A program made the position numbers and the translations under genes. Under the pieces are notes generated by a model that saw nothing but the letters and a program-made list of their open reading frames with translations, made no database searches and was not told the DNA's origin. A stretch of DNA of 64,000 bases, taken from assembly GCA_963769935.1 (NCBI GenBank), contig CAVYNY010000022.1:352001-416000 (forward strand), given 5' to 3'. This stretch comes from an uncultured delta proteobacterium (GTDB taxonomy: Bacteria > Desulfobacterota > Desulfobacteria > Desulfobacterales > JAFDCJ01). This document shows positions 10,357 through 20,524 of the stretch, piece by piece (the stretch's first letter is position 1; each line of letters begins with the position of its first letter).

Positions 10357-10503
10357 TCAGGGTTGCCGGCGTGGGTTCTCCCTGTTGGCTTGGACTTGCT
10401 GGAGCTGCCGCGCCGACGCCTCAGGAATCAATCCCGCGGCCATTCAGGATCGGCAGTCATAAAGCTTGACATCTTCACATTCCCCGAAATTTATTTTTGC
10501 CAT
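10357..10503 (-). CDS. Candidate small selenoprotein (CxxU), 48 aa
   Basis: Manual translation MAKINFGECEDVKLYDCRS-U-MAAGLIPEASARQLQQVQANRENPRRQP; GCAGGAAG upstream; in-frame TGA at 10444-10446 followed by a possible hairpin. Confidence 0.5.
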
Positions 10504-10751
10504 TGAACTTCCTGCAGGATAAATAGTAATGTTTTCTCCCGGCAGCTCCGCTGATTGAAATTCGACAAACAGTGATAATATTTAAGATCTTCTTTATGAT
10601 AAAAAACTTTTCAATGCTGTTCTATGATGCCCGGTCCCGTTATTAGACGGACCGGCGCCCGGGAGGCTTCCGGGGTTAACCGGCGTATGGGCCTGATTCC
10701 GCTGAAATCAACAAAACCTGACACCTGAAACTTGAACAAAGATCGGACAAT

Positions 10752-12731
10752 ATGACAAGCACACACACCAACAACCATCTTTTTCGCGGACTTTTGCAGT
10801 CGGAAGACGGCCTGATTTCCCGGGTCCACGATGTGAATAAACAATCGATAACTTTCGAGGCTGCCTTCGGACTCAGCGATGAGCTAATCGAGCAACTTCA
10901 GAACCAACCGGAACATATCGTCTTCAGCGAGCGGTCCAGAATCGCTCGGCTTGGAATACGGATCAACAGTGCTCCCCCCAGTGCGGAGAGTCTGGCAGGC
11001 GGCAAGATTACCTTAACTCTGGTGGCGTCCGCGATGATTTCGGGGTATCCCGGCTTAGATGAGATAAAAGATTTTTTCACCTTGGGTCTGCCGGTAGGGC
11101 GTCTGGTTTTCTGTGATCCTGAAGCCCTGCTGAGCTCCGATGAGGTCTTGGCGGCGATCGACCGGGCCGAACTCAAGCTGCCGGCTTCGACCACCATCTC
11201 AAGCGATGGAAGTATCGTTATCGCCCCGCACAAAGTTGTATGTCGTTTCAGAGAGCCATTGGACAAAAAGACATTGGGCCGCATTTTGCTCCGGGAGGAT
11301 GGACGGGAGCTTCTCAACCGTTATCAGGTTCGTAAAGCGGTGCCCTCGGTAAACATTCCAGCCGGCGAAGGCGTTGTGACCACCTGCTCCATGTATCTCA
11401 ACGAACACTTCGTGGTCTTGCAAAGCGGCTTCACCACGGGCCGGAATCTGCCTGCCACCGTGCTGGATCCAATTAAAACCCGGGGGATTCGAATTTATCT
11501 GGAGATTGTCAACCAGAGCAATCATCCCATCGTCAATCCATTGATCTCGGCCAAGGTGTATAATGCCGCTAAATCACGCAACGGTGTGCCGCAGAAAAAA
11601 TCCGCCCCAACCGGTAATTTTTATACCTATCGTCAGATGCGTGAGTTCGAAAAACGCTTAACGGCCCGCGACAATTCCACCTGTCATTTCATCGACAAAC
11701 CGCTGGGGGTAATTCAGGGAAACACGGATGCGTTAAAAAAAGCCAGGATTTTTTCAAACGGGCCCGGCCAGGCCTGCGAGGTGACCAAGTCCATGTGTGC
11801 TCTGGCCCGACGTGATTTTTCACCGCATAGCGAATGCGCCCATCTGTATGCCACTGCCCGGATTCAGGATGCCGTCCGGAATTCTCCGGCCGTTTTGGCG
11901 ATGAAATATTTTCCCAACATCATTGAACATCGCGATATCATAAACCTGACCTGTGAAGGCAAATTGAGCACCCTGTATTTTTACGAACCGTCCTGCGAAC
12001 ACGGCCCGTTTTTATCGCAGCAGGATCACCATCGCCTGGAGGAATACCACGCCTTCGGGCTTGAGGTATACTGGGTATCGGGTCTGAACGGACGTCTCAT
12101 GAAACACACCCGGCGGGACGGAATGGGTTATTTTGTTGCCCCCGAGCGGATGGCTGATTTTCATAAATCCATGCTGTTTGCATTCTACGGCTCCAACCAG
12201 AAGCTGTCATCCAAGGGCGGAGCCCGGCTCGGCACCCTCATGGATGCCCTGATTGACTTCTGGGGCAAACGCATCGGAATCGTCACCGGCGGCGGCAGCG
12301 GCGTGATGGAGCAGGCCAACACTCTGGCCAGGAAACGCGGAATTTTATCCGGCGCCAACTTTTTGGACATTACCGACCAGTCGATGACGACCGATGTCGA
12401 CTTCTGCCAGGTTTTTCAGGCCACGTGTCGCCACAGCCGCCAGAAATGGTTCGAGATTGCCTCCTTTCCGATTTTTAATGTCGGCGGTTTGGGCTCCCTG
12501 GAAGAGTTGGGCATTACGCTGTGCAACATGAAGCTGTCCATTTTAGATCCGGTGCCGGTAATTTTATTCGACACGGAAGGGGACGGAAATTTTTGGACGG
12601 GCATCGACAGCCAGATCAATGAAATGGTCAAGCGGGGCAGGGCCCCCGCTTGGATCAAGGACAACATCGTTATAACGGATGATCCGAAAACGGTCACCGA
12701 AGTTTATCGTCAACGGCTTCAGCTATTTTAA
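10752..12731 (+). CDS. LOG-family nucleotide phosphoribohydrolase domain fused to a large N-terminal region
   Basis: C-terminal 'FYGS', 'VTGGGSGVMEQAN', 'VGGLGSLEEL'. Confidence 0.8.
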   Translation: MTSTHTNNHLFRGLLQSEDGLISRVHDVNKQSITFEAAFGLSDELIEQLQNQPEHIVFSERSRIARLGIRINSAPPSAESLAGGKITLTLVASAMISGYPGLDEIKDFFTLGLPVGRLVFCDPEALLSSDEVLAAIDRAELKLPASTTISSDGSIVIAPHKVVCRFREPLDKKTLGRILLREDGRELLNRYQVRKAVPSVNIPAGEGVVTTCSMYLNEHFVVLQSGFTTGRNLPATVLDPIKTRGIRIYLEIVNQSNHPIVNPLISAKVYNAAKSRNGVPQKKSAPTGNFYTYRQMREFEKRLTARDNSTCHFIDKPLGVIQGNTDALKKARIFSNGPGQACEVTKSMCALARRDFSPHSECAHLYATARIQDAVRNSPAVLAMKYFPNIIEHRDIINLTCEGKLSTLYFYEPSCEHGPFLSQQDHHRLEEYHAFGLEVYWVSGLNGRLMKHTRRDGMGYFVAPERMADFHKSMLFAFYGSNQKLSSKGGARLGTLMDALIDFWGKRIGIVTGGGSGVMEQANTLARKRGILSGANFLDITDQSMTTDVDFCQVFQATCRHSRQKWFEIASFPIFNVGGLGSLEELGITLCNMKLSILDPVPVILFDTEGDGNFWTGIDSQINEMVKRGRAPAWIKDNIVITDDPKTVTEVYRQRLQLF

Positions 12732-12782
12732 CGCGGTGTTCTGCAATCTTTTAAACTGACAGGGGACCTTGAGAAGATAACT

Positions 12783-14102
12783 TTGTTTACACTAAAGCGC
12801 ACCTTTTATCCGCTGCTCATTCCCACATTTCTGATTCTTCTCGCATCCGCGGCCATCATCAAATGGCCGGATCTGGCAAGGCAAGTCAATGATATTAGGG
12901 AACTGTGGGCGGTGATGGTGATCATGCCGTTTGTGCCTTATATTGTATTGGCGTTTGGCTTTGCCATGGGGTGGCGTTATGCCAATACCGGCTTAATACT
13001 GGGTACTCTGACGCTGGCCCTTTCCTATTGCGGTTTAAGTTATTTCCGATTCCCCGATCTGCCCCGGGAAGCGCTTGCGGGCCAGTCCGCAACCACCGCA
13101 GTGGCATTTTTATTGCCTTTGAACCTGTCCATTAGCAGCGTCCTGATCAGACGTCGACCCCTGACTTCGGCCGGTATCCTGGCCGCGCTTTTATTGGTCG
13201 TTCAGCTTGCTGCAATTTTCGCTTTCGGTCATCCCGAAGGATATTTATCATTGCTGGCTAAGGCAAAATTAGGGTCTCTGTCACCGGCGGTAGCCGCTAA
13301 ACTGTTCGAATTCACCAGGCGGCTGAGTCATGTGCTTTCCGATCACTCAGTTTTCAGGCTCAAGCAAATTCCCACCGTGGCGGTCGTGACTTTCGGGCTG
13401 TCGCTAACATTTACGTTGATACATTTTGTAAAAAGCGGTGATATTCGCATTGGCGGATTTTTCTTTGCAATTATTGCCGCATTGCTGGGCACCACTGCCG
13501 GACACCCTGAACCGGCCGTCATTTTTTATTTTATTGCCGCCGGACTGATTCTGCCTTTCTCCACCATAGAGGCCTCTTTTTCCATGGCTTATATAGACGA
13601 GTTGACCCGTTTGCCTGGACGTAGAAGCCTCAATGAGACGCTGCTCAATCTGGGCAAAAGATACGCCATTGCAATGGTTGACGTAGATCGCTTCAAAAAG
13701 TTCAATGATACCTACGGTCATAAAACCGGTGATCAGGTGTTGAAGATGATTGCCGCGCGGCTCGGAAAAATATCCGGCGGGGGGAAAACATTTCGTTACG
13801 GGGGAGAGGAGTTTACCGCCATTTTTGCCGGCAAGCTCGTTGAAGAAGCCTTCCCACATGTTGAAAATTTCAGAAAGTCGGTTGAATCAACACCTTTTAT
13901 TGTTCGCGGAAGGGAGCGCCGCCGAAACAGAGCGAGCAGCCGCGGCAAAAAGAGTGGGTTTACCCGCAAGCAGGTAAAGGTTACCGTTAGCATTGGCCTG
14001 GCCGCATCGGAGGGGCAGACGACGACTCCGCAGAAAGTAATCAAAGCGGCAGACAAGAAGCTTTATCAGGCCAAAAGAGCCGGGCGCAACCGGACGGTGT
14101 GA
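12783..14102 (+). CDS. Membrane-bound diguanylate cyclase (GGEEF)
   Basis: Multi-TM N-terminus; 'DELTRLP', 'DVDRFKKFNDTYGH', 'RYGGEEF', 'AKRAGRN'. Confidence 0.9.
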   Translation: MFTLKRTFYPLLIPTFLILLASAAIIKWPDLARQVNDIRELWAVMVIMPFVPYIVLAFGFAMGWRYANTGLILGTLTLALSYCGLSYFRFPDLPREALAGQSATTAVAFLLPLNLSISSVLIRRRPLTSAGILAALLLVVQLAAIFAFGHPEGYLSLLAKAKLGSLSPAVAAKLFEFTRRLSHVLSDHSVFRLKQIPTVAVVTFGLSLTFTLIHFVKSGDIRIGGFFFAIIAALLGTTAGHPEPAVIFYFIAAGLILPFSTIEASFSMAYIDELTRLPGRRSLNETLLNLGKRYAIAMVDVDRFKKFNDTYGHKTGDQVLKMIAARLGKISGGGKTFRYGGEEFTAIFAGKLVEEAFPHVENFRKSVESTPFIVRGRERRRNRASSRGKKSGFTRKQVKVTVSIGLAASEGQTTTPQKVIKAADKKLYQAKRAGRNRTV

Positions 14103-14260
14103 TAGCTCGGGGGCATCGGCGCAAAACTTTTATCAGAGGCAAGAGGCTTCAGGATTATAAATCATCAGTTGATACATTCAAAAATCCGCTGCGGTCGATC
14201 CCTTGATCCTCTTTAGAAAGGAAAACGCCCGGCAGCCTCTGCCAAGGACATTCGAGCGTG

Positions 14261-14860
14261 CTATAGCTTATCGGCGTGCTTTGAAAGAAACTCCGCCACG
14301 CCCTCCGTGGTGGGTTGCATTCCCTCGTCGCCTTTGTTCCAGCCCGCCGGGCAGACTTCCCCGTACTGCTCGGTAAACTGCAACGCATCGACGATGCGAA
14401 TCATTTCATCGACATTGCGTCCCAACGACAGGTTATTTACGACCTGGTGCTGAACAATGCCTTTTTTATCAATCAGAAAAGAAGCCCTCAAAGCCACGCC
14501 ATCGGGATGCTCAATGCCATAGGCCCTTGTAATTTCGTGTTTGACATCTGCAACAATCGGAAAATCCACCTTCCCGATGCCGCCGTTTTCGATGGCAGTG
14601 CTGCGCCAGGCAAAATGGGTAAATTGGGAATCAATGGAAATTCCGACCACCTCAACATCGCGCGATTTGAAATGCTCCATTCGTTTGTGGTGGGCAATGA
14701 TTTCAGTCGGGCATACAAATGTGAAATCCAGCGGCCAGAAAAACAACACCACATATTTTCTTCTCAGGTCCGAGAGCTTGAAATTCTCATTAATCAAGCC
14801 ATCCGGCATGACAGCCGGCGCCACAAAATCAGGTGCTTCCCTTGCTACCAGTACACTCAT
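14261..14860 (-). CDS. 2-Cys peroxiredoxin (AhpC/TSA)
   Basis: 'PLDFTFVCPTE', 'GEVCPAGW'; start MSVLV (ATG 14860, GAAGGGG upstream). Confidence 0.95.
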   Translation of the reverse strand: MSVLVAREAPDFVAPAVMPDGLINENFKLSDLRRKYVVLFFWPLDFTFVCPTEIIAHHKRMEHFKSRDVEVVGISIDSQFTHFAWRSTAIENGGIGKVDFPIVADVKHEITRAYGIEHPDGVALRASFLIDKKGIVQHQVVNNLSLGRNVDEMIRIVDALQFTEQYGEVCPAGWNKGDEGMQPTTEGVAEFLSKHADKL

Positions 14861-15113
14861 TATAATATCCCCTTCGGAGTTCAGGTTTAGGTTGCCTTGA
14901 CCGGATGAGTTTTGGGCCCAACCGATCATTCCATCACCGACCGACGAGTTTAATATGATGCTTAAATCGGAATTTGCAATACCCCAACCCCGACACGCCG
15001 GATCAAACCGCCGCTGAGGCACCGAGATCCAAAGCCAACCCCTTGGTCGTTATTCATCATTGGGTCTTTTGACCTTCGCACCAAAATGTTTTCGTGGGAG
15101 CTTGCCATTTCGA

Positions 15114-16733
15114 CTACCGCATGCCGCGCACATCGATAGCGGCCAAGCCTTGCAAGAATTTATGGCTGAGCCCTTCGCTGATGACATGCTCAAAAACATG
15201 TCCTTCCGGTGTGACCCCTCTTATTTTTCCGTCCGCCAAAAACTTGCTCAGAAGCTGTTGACCGGATTCAATCCGGTCGGCGGCATCAATTATTCGGATT
15301 TTTGCCCCGGAGGCTTTCGGCAGGGGGATTTTTTTATCTAAAAGGAATTTCATGAAATTAACAATGCGCGCCAGGCGCAGCAGGGTGACGGATTCTTCTC
15401 TGGTGGTTATGTGGGACAACGGCAGAGCACTTGACCGCAGGCACGCGAATTTCTTGGGCAGAAGCTCGAGGCTGGCACACAAATCATAATCCCGGCTGCC
15501 CGGCGAAGGATAAAAAATGGACGCCCCGACTAAAACCCTCAGGCGGGCCAGATACAGCAGATCGGATATCGAATCCTGCGCCTTTTGAAAAGGCGCCCCA
15601 CAAATGATGTAACCGACGGCATTCAGATCATAGTATTCGGCAAGGTCCAAGGCGCAGTTAAAAGAATCGCGAACATCAGCCCTGTTGAATCGCAAGAGCT
15701 GCTCCTTTGAGGTTGAGCCGACTGAAAGATTCAAGGATTTGAATCCGGCCGACTTCATTGCCCGGATGACTTCTTCATCCAGGGACGGCGGATACAGGCC
15801 GTTCATGGCTCTCAACTCCAGCGAATCTCCGAAACGGCTTTTGATGGCCTGCAGCAAACTTAAAAACCAGCGGCGATTAAAAGACAGATTTTCATCTTCG
15901 AAATCAATGAAGCCGACCTGGTATTGATCAACTGCATTGCCGATTTCCCGCATAACCGCAGCGACGCTTCTCCGGCGGTAAGCCGGCCCTGACTGGGCCC
16001 CGACACTGCAGTAGGTGCAGGCCATCGGGCATCCGCGGCCGGCCACAATGACCATGCTGCCGCTTTTGCCGCGGCGGTAGAAGCGCTGGTTGATAAGCTC
16101 GGCCGCCGGCAGCGGAAAGTTGTCCGGGTGCCGCATCCGGGCCGGAGAATTGATGTGAAGCGAGCCGTCCTTGCACCTGAACACAAGACCGGGTATGGCG
16201 TCAAATTTTCCCCCCTCCGAAAGCGCTCGTGCCAGCAGCGGCATGGGCACTTCGCCCTCGCCCCGCACGACAAAATCGACAGCTGCAGATTCCATTACGG
16301 CTTGCGGCATGGCCGTCGGATGGTGGCCGCCCATAACAATTTTACAATTCGGGAGATAGGCTTTGACGGTTTCCGCTGTCTGAACGGCCTCCTGCGCATA
16401 GGGTGTAAATAATGACGAGATGCCCACTAAAAACGCTCCTGACGCTTTGGCTTTTCTGCCGATATAGTCAAAACTGTAGCCGAAGTGTTTATACTGATAA
16501 AACAGGGCAAACGGTGAGCGGTCCGGTTGGGCGTAGTACTCCCGTAAGTAGCTCATTTCCTGCGGTAGATCGCGCAAACGTGATTTGGAAGTGGCCAATG
16601 CATCCAGAATCTCCACTGAAAAACCGCTGGCGGTCAGAGTCGATGCGATGCAGGCCAAACCATATGGAATGGTTCGTTTGGCAGTGAGATAGAAGTCTCT
16701 GATCGGCGGCTGAATGAGAAGAATGTCGGGCAT
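15114..16733 (-). CDS. Cobalamin-binding radical SAM protein
   Basis: 'GGHHPT', 'RGEGE', 'GRGCPMACTYC' (CxxxCxxC), 'FEDENL'. Confidence 0.9.
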   Translation of the reverse strand: MPDILLIQPPIRDFYLTAKRTIPYGLACIASTLTASGFSVEILDALATSKSRLRDLPQEMSYLREYYAQPDRSPFALFYQYKHFGYSFDYIGRKAKASGAFLVGISSLFTPYAQEAVQTAETVKAYLPNCKIVMGGHHPTAMPQAVMESAAVDFVVRGEGEVPMPLLARALSEGGKFDAIPGLVFRCKDGSLHINSPARMRHPDNFPLPAAELINQRFYRRGKSGSMVIVAGRGCPMACTYCSVGAQSGPAYRRRSVAAVMREIGNAVDQYQVGFIDFEDENLSFNRRWFLSLLQAIKSRFGDSLELRAMNGLYPPSLDEEVIRAMKSAGFKSLNLSVGSTSKEQLLRFNRADVRDSFNCALDLAEYYDLNAVGYIICGAPFQKAQDSISDLLYLARLRVLVGASIFYPSPGSRDYDLCASLELLPKKFACLRSSALPLSHITTREESVTLLRLARIVNFMKFLLDKKIPLPKASGAKIRIIDAADRIESGQQLLSKFLADGKIRGVTPEGHVFEHVISEGLSHKFLQGLAAIDVRGMR

Positions 16734-16814
16734 GTTGTTGCGTCTATTGAGTTTGTTGAGTTGATAGGGAAAAGGATAAAGGTAAAAGGCTAAAGGTGAA
16801 AGGAATAAAAGCTG

Positions 16815-16990
16815 GAAAGCTGGAATGCCTGGATGCTGGAAGGCGTTAAGGGTCCAGCTTAACGGATCTTTTTTGCCTTTTTCCCTTTGAGCTATGAGCT
16901 ACGAGCTATCAGCTGACGCGCAAGCGTCCCACCTTCTGCTCTTCTCACCTTCTTACCCTCTCACCTTCCCACCTTCTCACCTTCTTCTTT
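16815..16990. repeat. Dispersed intergenic repeat, copy 1 (copy 2 at ~20525-20660)
   Basis: Shared text 'atgctggaaggc..taa.ggtcca.cttaa..atcttttttgcctttt..gagctatgagcta..cagctgacgcgc.agcgtcccaccttct'. Confidence 0.8.
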
Positions 16991-16991
16991 T

Positions 16992-18071
16992 TTACGATAC
17001 CATTCGCTTCAACTGGGGTAAAAACTTATGATTGGCCTTGGGCAGTGGATAGGTTTCGAGTTCGTCAAGCTCGATCCAGCGAAAATCCACGGGGCCTTTT
17101 AATTTTACCCGGCCGGAAGCATACGAGCAGCAAAATACATCCATCAGAATTTTAAAATGGGTGTAAGCGTGTTTGACCTTGCAAAGATGCGTGTCTATTC
17201 CGACCGTTAGATTGACTTCCTCTTTGATCTCTCTGATGCAGGCTGCTTCGGGTTTTTCTCCGTTGCGGATCTTGCCTCCTGGAAATTCCCACAGGCCCCC
17301 AAGCAATCCATCATCTTTGCGGCGCGTAATCAACACCCGGCCGTTTTTAAATACAACGCCGACTGCGATCCGATACTGCGGTGTCGGGGATTTTTTCAGC
17401 TTCCTGGGAAATTCGGCCGTCCGGTTGGATTGGTAGGCCTGGCACTGCGTCTGAACCGGGCAGGTATCGCAAAGCGGATTCTGCGGTTTGCAAACCGTGG
17501 CGCCGAGTTCCATCAGGGCCTGATTGAAGATCCCCGGCCGGCGGTTGTCCAGTATATTTGCGGCGGCCGTCTGATATATTTTGTTCGATGTTGATTTGTT
17601 CACCGCAGCTTCCATGGCGAACAGGCGGGAGAGCACACGTTTGACATTCCCATCGACAACCGGGTAGGGCTTATCAAAGGCGATACTCAGCACAGCGCCC
17701 GCAATATAATCACCAACACCGGGTAATTTACGAAAATCCTGCCAGCTTTGCGGAACAGCTCCCCCGTACTGGTCAAAAACCATGCCCGCGGCGCTGCGCA
17801 AATTGCGGGCGCGGGCATAATATCCCAGACCCTCCCAGGCTTTGAGAACTTCCTGCAGACTCGCCCGGGCCAGGTGTTTTATATCCGGGAAGCGTTGCAG
17901 AAATTTTTGGTAGTATGGCAAAACCGTGTTGACCTGGGTTTGCTGCAACATTACTTCGGAAACCCAGATGTGGTATGAATTTTTTGTTTTGCGCCAGGGC
18001 AGATCCCTGTGATTTGCCGAATACCATTCGGTCAGGGCTTGGCGCAAAAATTGTATTTCTTTCTTTTGCAT
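16992..18071 (-). CDS. mutY: A/G-specific adenine glycosylase MutY with C-terminal NUDIX domain
   Basis: 'RDLPWR', 'SEVMLQQT', 'WEGLGYYARARNL', HhH 'LPGVG', 'VDGNV', Fe-S Cys cluster. Confidence 0.95.
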   Translation of the reverse strand: MQKKEIQFLRQALTEWYSANHRDLPWRKTKNSYHIWVSEVMLQQTQVNTVLPYYQKFLQRFPDIKHLARASLQEVLKAWEGLGYYARARNLRSAAGMVFDQYGGAVPQSWQDFRKLPGVGDYIAGAVLSIAFDKPYPVVDGNVKRVLSRLFAMEAAVNKSTSNKIYQTAAANILDNRRPGIFNQALMELGATVCKPQNPLCDTCPVQTQCQAYQSNRTAEFPRKLKKSPTPQYRIAVGVVFKNGRVLITRRKDDGLLGGLWEFPGGKIRNGEKPEAACIREIKEEVNLTVGIDTHLCKVKHAYTHFKILMDVFCCSYASGRVKLKGPVDFRWIELDELETYPLPKANHKFLPQLKRMVS

Positions 18072-18219
18072 GTCCGTATAGGGTGTTAATAATAGAGTAT
18101 GTGCATTTTGATATAGGCGTTTCAAGCATCTGAATTGTTACGCATTTTTTATCCTGATTGATTCAACAAATCGATCCCATGAGCGCTGAACCCTTGAACC
18201 CTGAACGGCTAAACTCTAT

Positions 18220-19608
18220 TCACCGCATAATCTTTCTTAGTATTCTGAGCTTGTTGCCATAGGGCGGGTAGCGCAACGGCGCGTCTAATCGGAAATATCT
18301 TCTAAGAATGCTCTTTTGGTGAGAAAACGTATCAAAGCTTCGCTTGCCATGATAACTGCCTATTCCACTGCTGCCGATTCCGCCGAACGGCAAATGCGGA
18401 TTTGTAAAATGCAGCAAGGTGTCATTGATGCAACCGCCGCCGAACGGGATGTCCCTGATAATTTTTTCGCGATGCTGCTTATTGTTGGAAAAAAGATATA
18501 ATGCCAGCGGCGCGGGCTGCGATTTTATCCGGGCAATTACTTCCGCTAAGTCATCAAAGGCGATTACCGGCAGGATGGGACCGAAAATCTCCTCCTGCAT
18601 AATGGAATCATCCCAGGCAACCGCATCTATAATGGTCGGAGCGATATAAAGATTCTCTCGATCGGCCTGACCTCCGGCAATTATGTCTCCATGCTGCAGG
18701 AGTTTTTCCAGACGCAGGAAATGTTTTTCGTTAATGATCCGTGGATAGTCGGGACTTTGCCGGGGGTCGCGGCCGTAGAACTGACTGATGCAGGTTCTCA
18801 TCCGGTCAGTCAATTCCGCTTTAAGGCTGCGGTGCACCATCAGATAATCCGGAGCGATGCAGGTTTGGCCGGCATTGATGAATTTCCCGGAGACAATCCG
18901 TCTGGCCGCCGTAGATAAATCTACATCGCGATCCACAATACACGGGCTTTTGCCGCCCAGCTCCAGGGTAGACGGTGTCAGATTTCTAGCGGCCGCCTGC
19001 ATGACAATTTTGCCGATACCGGCACTACCGGTAAAGAATATATAATCAAAGTTTTCGTCCAGCAACGCTCGGCTGACCTGTGCATCGCCTTCGATGACAG
19101 CAATGAAGTTGCGATCGAAATTCATACCGATGATTTCGCTGAGTATCCGAGCGGTGGCAGGCGCGAGTTCCGAGGGTTTTACCACGCTGCAGTTGCCGGC
19201 TGCCAGCGAGCCGATCAAGGGTCCGATGACCAGTTGAAAAGGATAGTTCCAGGGAGAAACAATGAGCGCTACCCCGTATGGTTCCGGATAAACGAAGCTG
19301 GCACCCGGAAATTGAAATAAATGGGTCCGAACCCTTTTGGGTTTGACCCATTTAGCCAGATGCTTTCTGACAAATCGGATTTCATCCAGAACAAGGCCCA
19401 CCTCGGTTAGATAGCCTTCATAGGCCGATTTAGAAAGGTCCTGATGCAGGGCGTTTAATATATCTTTTTGATGGTCGCGGATGACGCTGTAGAGGGTATC
19501 AAGTCGGGCGCCGCGAAAGCCGAGGTCCCGGGTCTGTCCGGAATCATAGAAGTTTTTCTGGCCGGCCAAGATGGTTTTTATATTTTCCATGATGCTGCCG
19601 TCGTTCAT
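18220..19608 (-). CDS. Aldehyde dehydrogenase (ALDH3-like)
   Basis: 'PWNYP', 'KPSE', 'LELGGKSP', 'NAGQTC', 'EEIFGP', 'RYPPY'. Confidence 0.9.
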   Translation of the reverse strand: MNDGSIMENIKTILAGQKNFYDSGQTRDLGFRGARLDTLYSVIRDHQKDILNALHQDLSKSAYEGYLTEVGLVLDEIRFVRKHLAKWVKPKRVRTHLFQFPGASFVYPEPYGVALIVSPWNYPFQLVIGPLIGSLAAGNCSVVKPSELAPATARILSEIIGMNFDRNFIAVIEGDAQVSRALLDENFDYIFFTGSAGIGKIVMQAAARNLTPSTLELGGKSPCIVDRDVDLSTAARRIVSGKFINAGQTCIAPDYLMVHRSLKAELTDRMRTCISQFYGRDPRQSPDYPRIINEKHFLRLEKLLQHGDIIAGGQADRENLYIAPTIIDAVAWDDSIMQEEIFGPILPVIAFDDLAEVIARIKSQPAPLALYLFSNNKQHREKIIRDIPFGGGCINDTLLHFTNPHLPFGGIGSSGIGSYHGKRSFDTFSHQKSILRRYFRLDAPLRYPPYGNKLRILRKIMR

Positions 19609-20444
19609 ACATTTTCAGGATCCGGGCATTGGGCGACGCTCCGCGCCAGGGCACGCATATGTGCTTTCTCGGCCTGGGCGAGGGCCAGAAATGTTTCCCG
19701 GGCCTCGGAACCGGCGCTGCGTTCGGCCAGTACCCGGTACAGGTCAAATGCGGCGTATTCAATGGTAAGCGCCAGGTCGATCACCGCCGAGCAACCTCGG
19801 CCGGCTTCCGCCTCCAGCATGTTGCAGGCGTCTTCGAAACTCCGGCCGCCTTCTAAAATATCACCTGCCAGGCGCTGATACAGCTGGTCAAACGGCGGCG
19901 GGCCGGGTTCGAGTTCCTGCCAGAAACGATAAATCAGCGTCGCATGCCCCTTCTCTGCGATGGCGATCTGCTCGAAGGCCCGTCCTATGGGATTGCCACT
20001 GTATTTGTCACTTGCCAATCGGTAGAACCGCCAGGCGCCTTTTTCCAGATCCATTGCGGTGGCCAGCAGCCGGTCCGGTTCCTGGTCCATATCGAAAATT
20101 TGCACTTTGGGATAGCCCGTTAAGGTAATGCCTTGCCAGTTCCGAAGTCCGCCCATTAAATTGAAGACGGATTTTTGACAGATCTCACTTTCGCCGGCCA
20201 ATGAAGCCGCCCATTGCGAGCGCCCGCCGTTGTCGCAGTAAAATATCAAATCCCGGTCGCCCGGCAGGGAAAACAGCCTGGTTTCAACCTCGGCCAGCGG
20301 CATGAGCCTGGCTCCCGGAAGATGGCCCAGTTCATATTCCGACTCCTGGCGCACATCGATTACCAGGTAATCCTTTTCGTGGTGATTTTTCAGGTACTCT
20401 CTGAATTCTTCGCTGGTCAGTGATTTGAATTCCAGGTTGTCCAT
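19605..20444 (-). CDS. Rhodanese domain fused to ferritin/rubrerythrin-like domains
   Basis: 'DVRQESEYELGHLPGA', 'YCDNGGRS'; paired 'EKGAWRFY..EKGH' and 'EYAAFDLY..EKAH'. Confidence 0.8.
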   Translation of the reverse strand: MDNLEFKSLTSEEFREYLKNHHEKDYLVIDVRQESEYELGHLPGARLMPLAEVETRLFSLPGDRDLIFYCDNGGRSQWAASLAGESEICQKSVFNLMGGLRNWQGITLTGYPKVQIFDMDQEPDRLLATAMDLEKGAWRFYRLASDKYSGNPIGRAFEQIAIAEKGHATLIYRFWQELEPGPPPFDQLYQRLAGDILEGGRSFEDACNMLEAEAGRGCSAVIDLALTIEYAAFDLYRVLAERSAGSEARETFLALAQAEKAHMRALARSVAQCPDPENV

Positions 20445-20524
20445 GGCGATGCAGTTGATTTAGTTGATAGAATTTATTGAGGTTATTTAGTTGATAGTTG
20501 GCATTTCATAGTTGACAGCAGAAA

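Noticed and set aside
10342..10359. Second Sec read-through in the mini-protein (P-U-C-T-K-I)
   Set aside because: No convincing hairpin follows and it adds only five residues; treated as the stop
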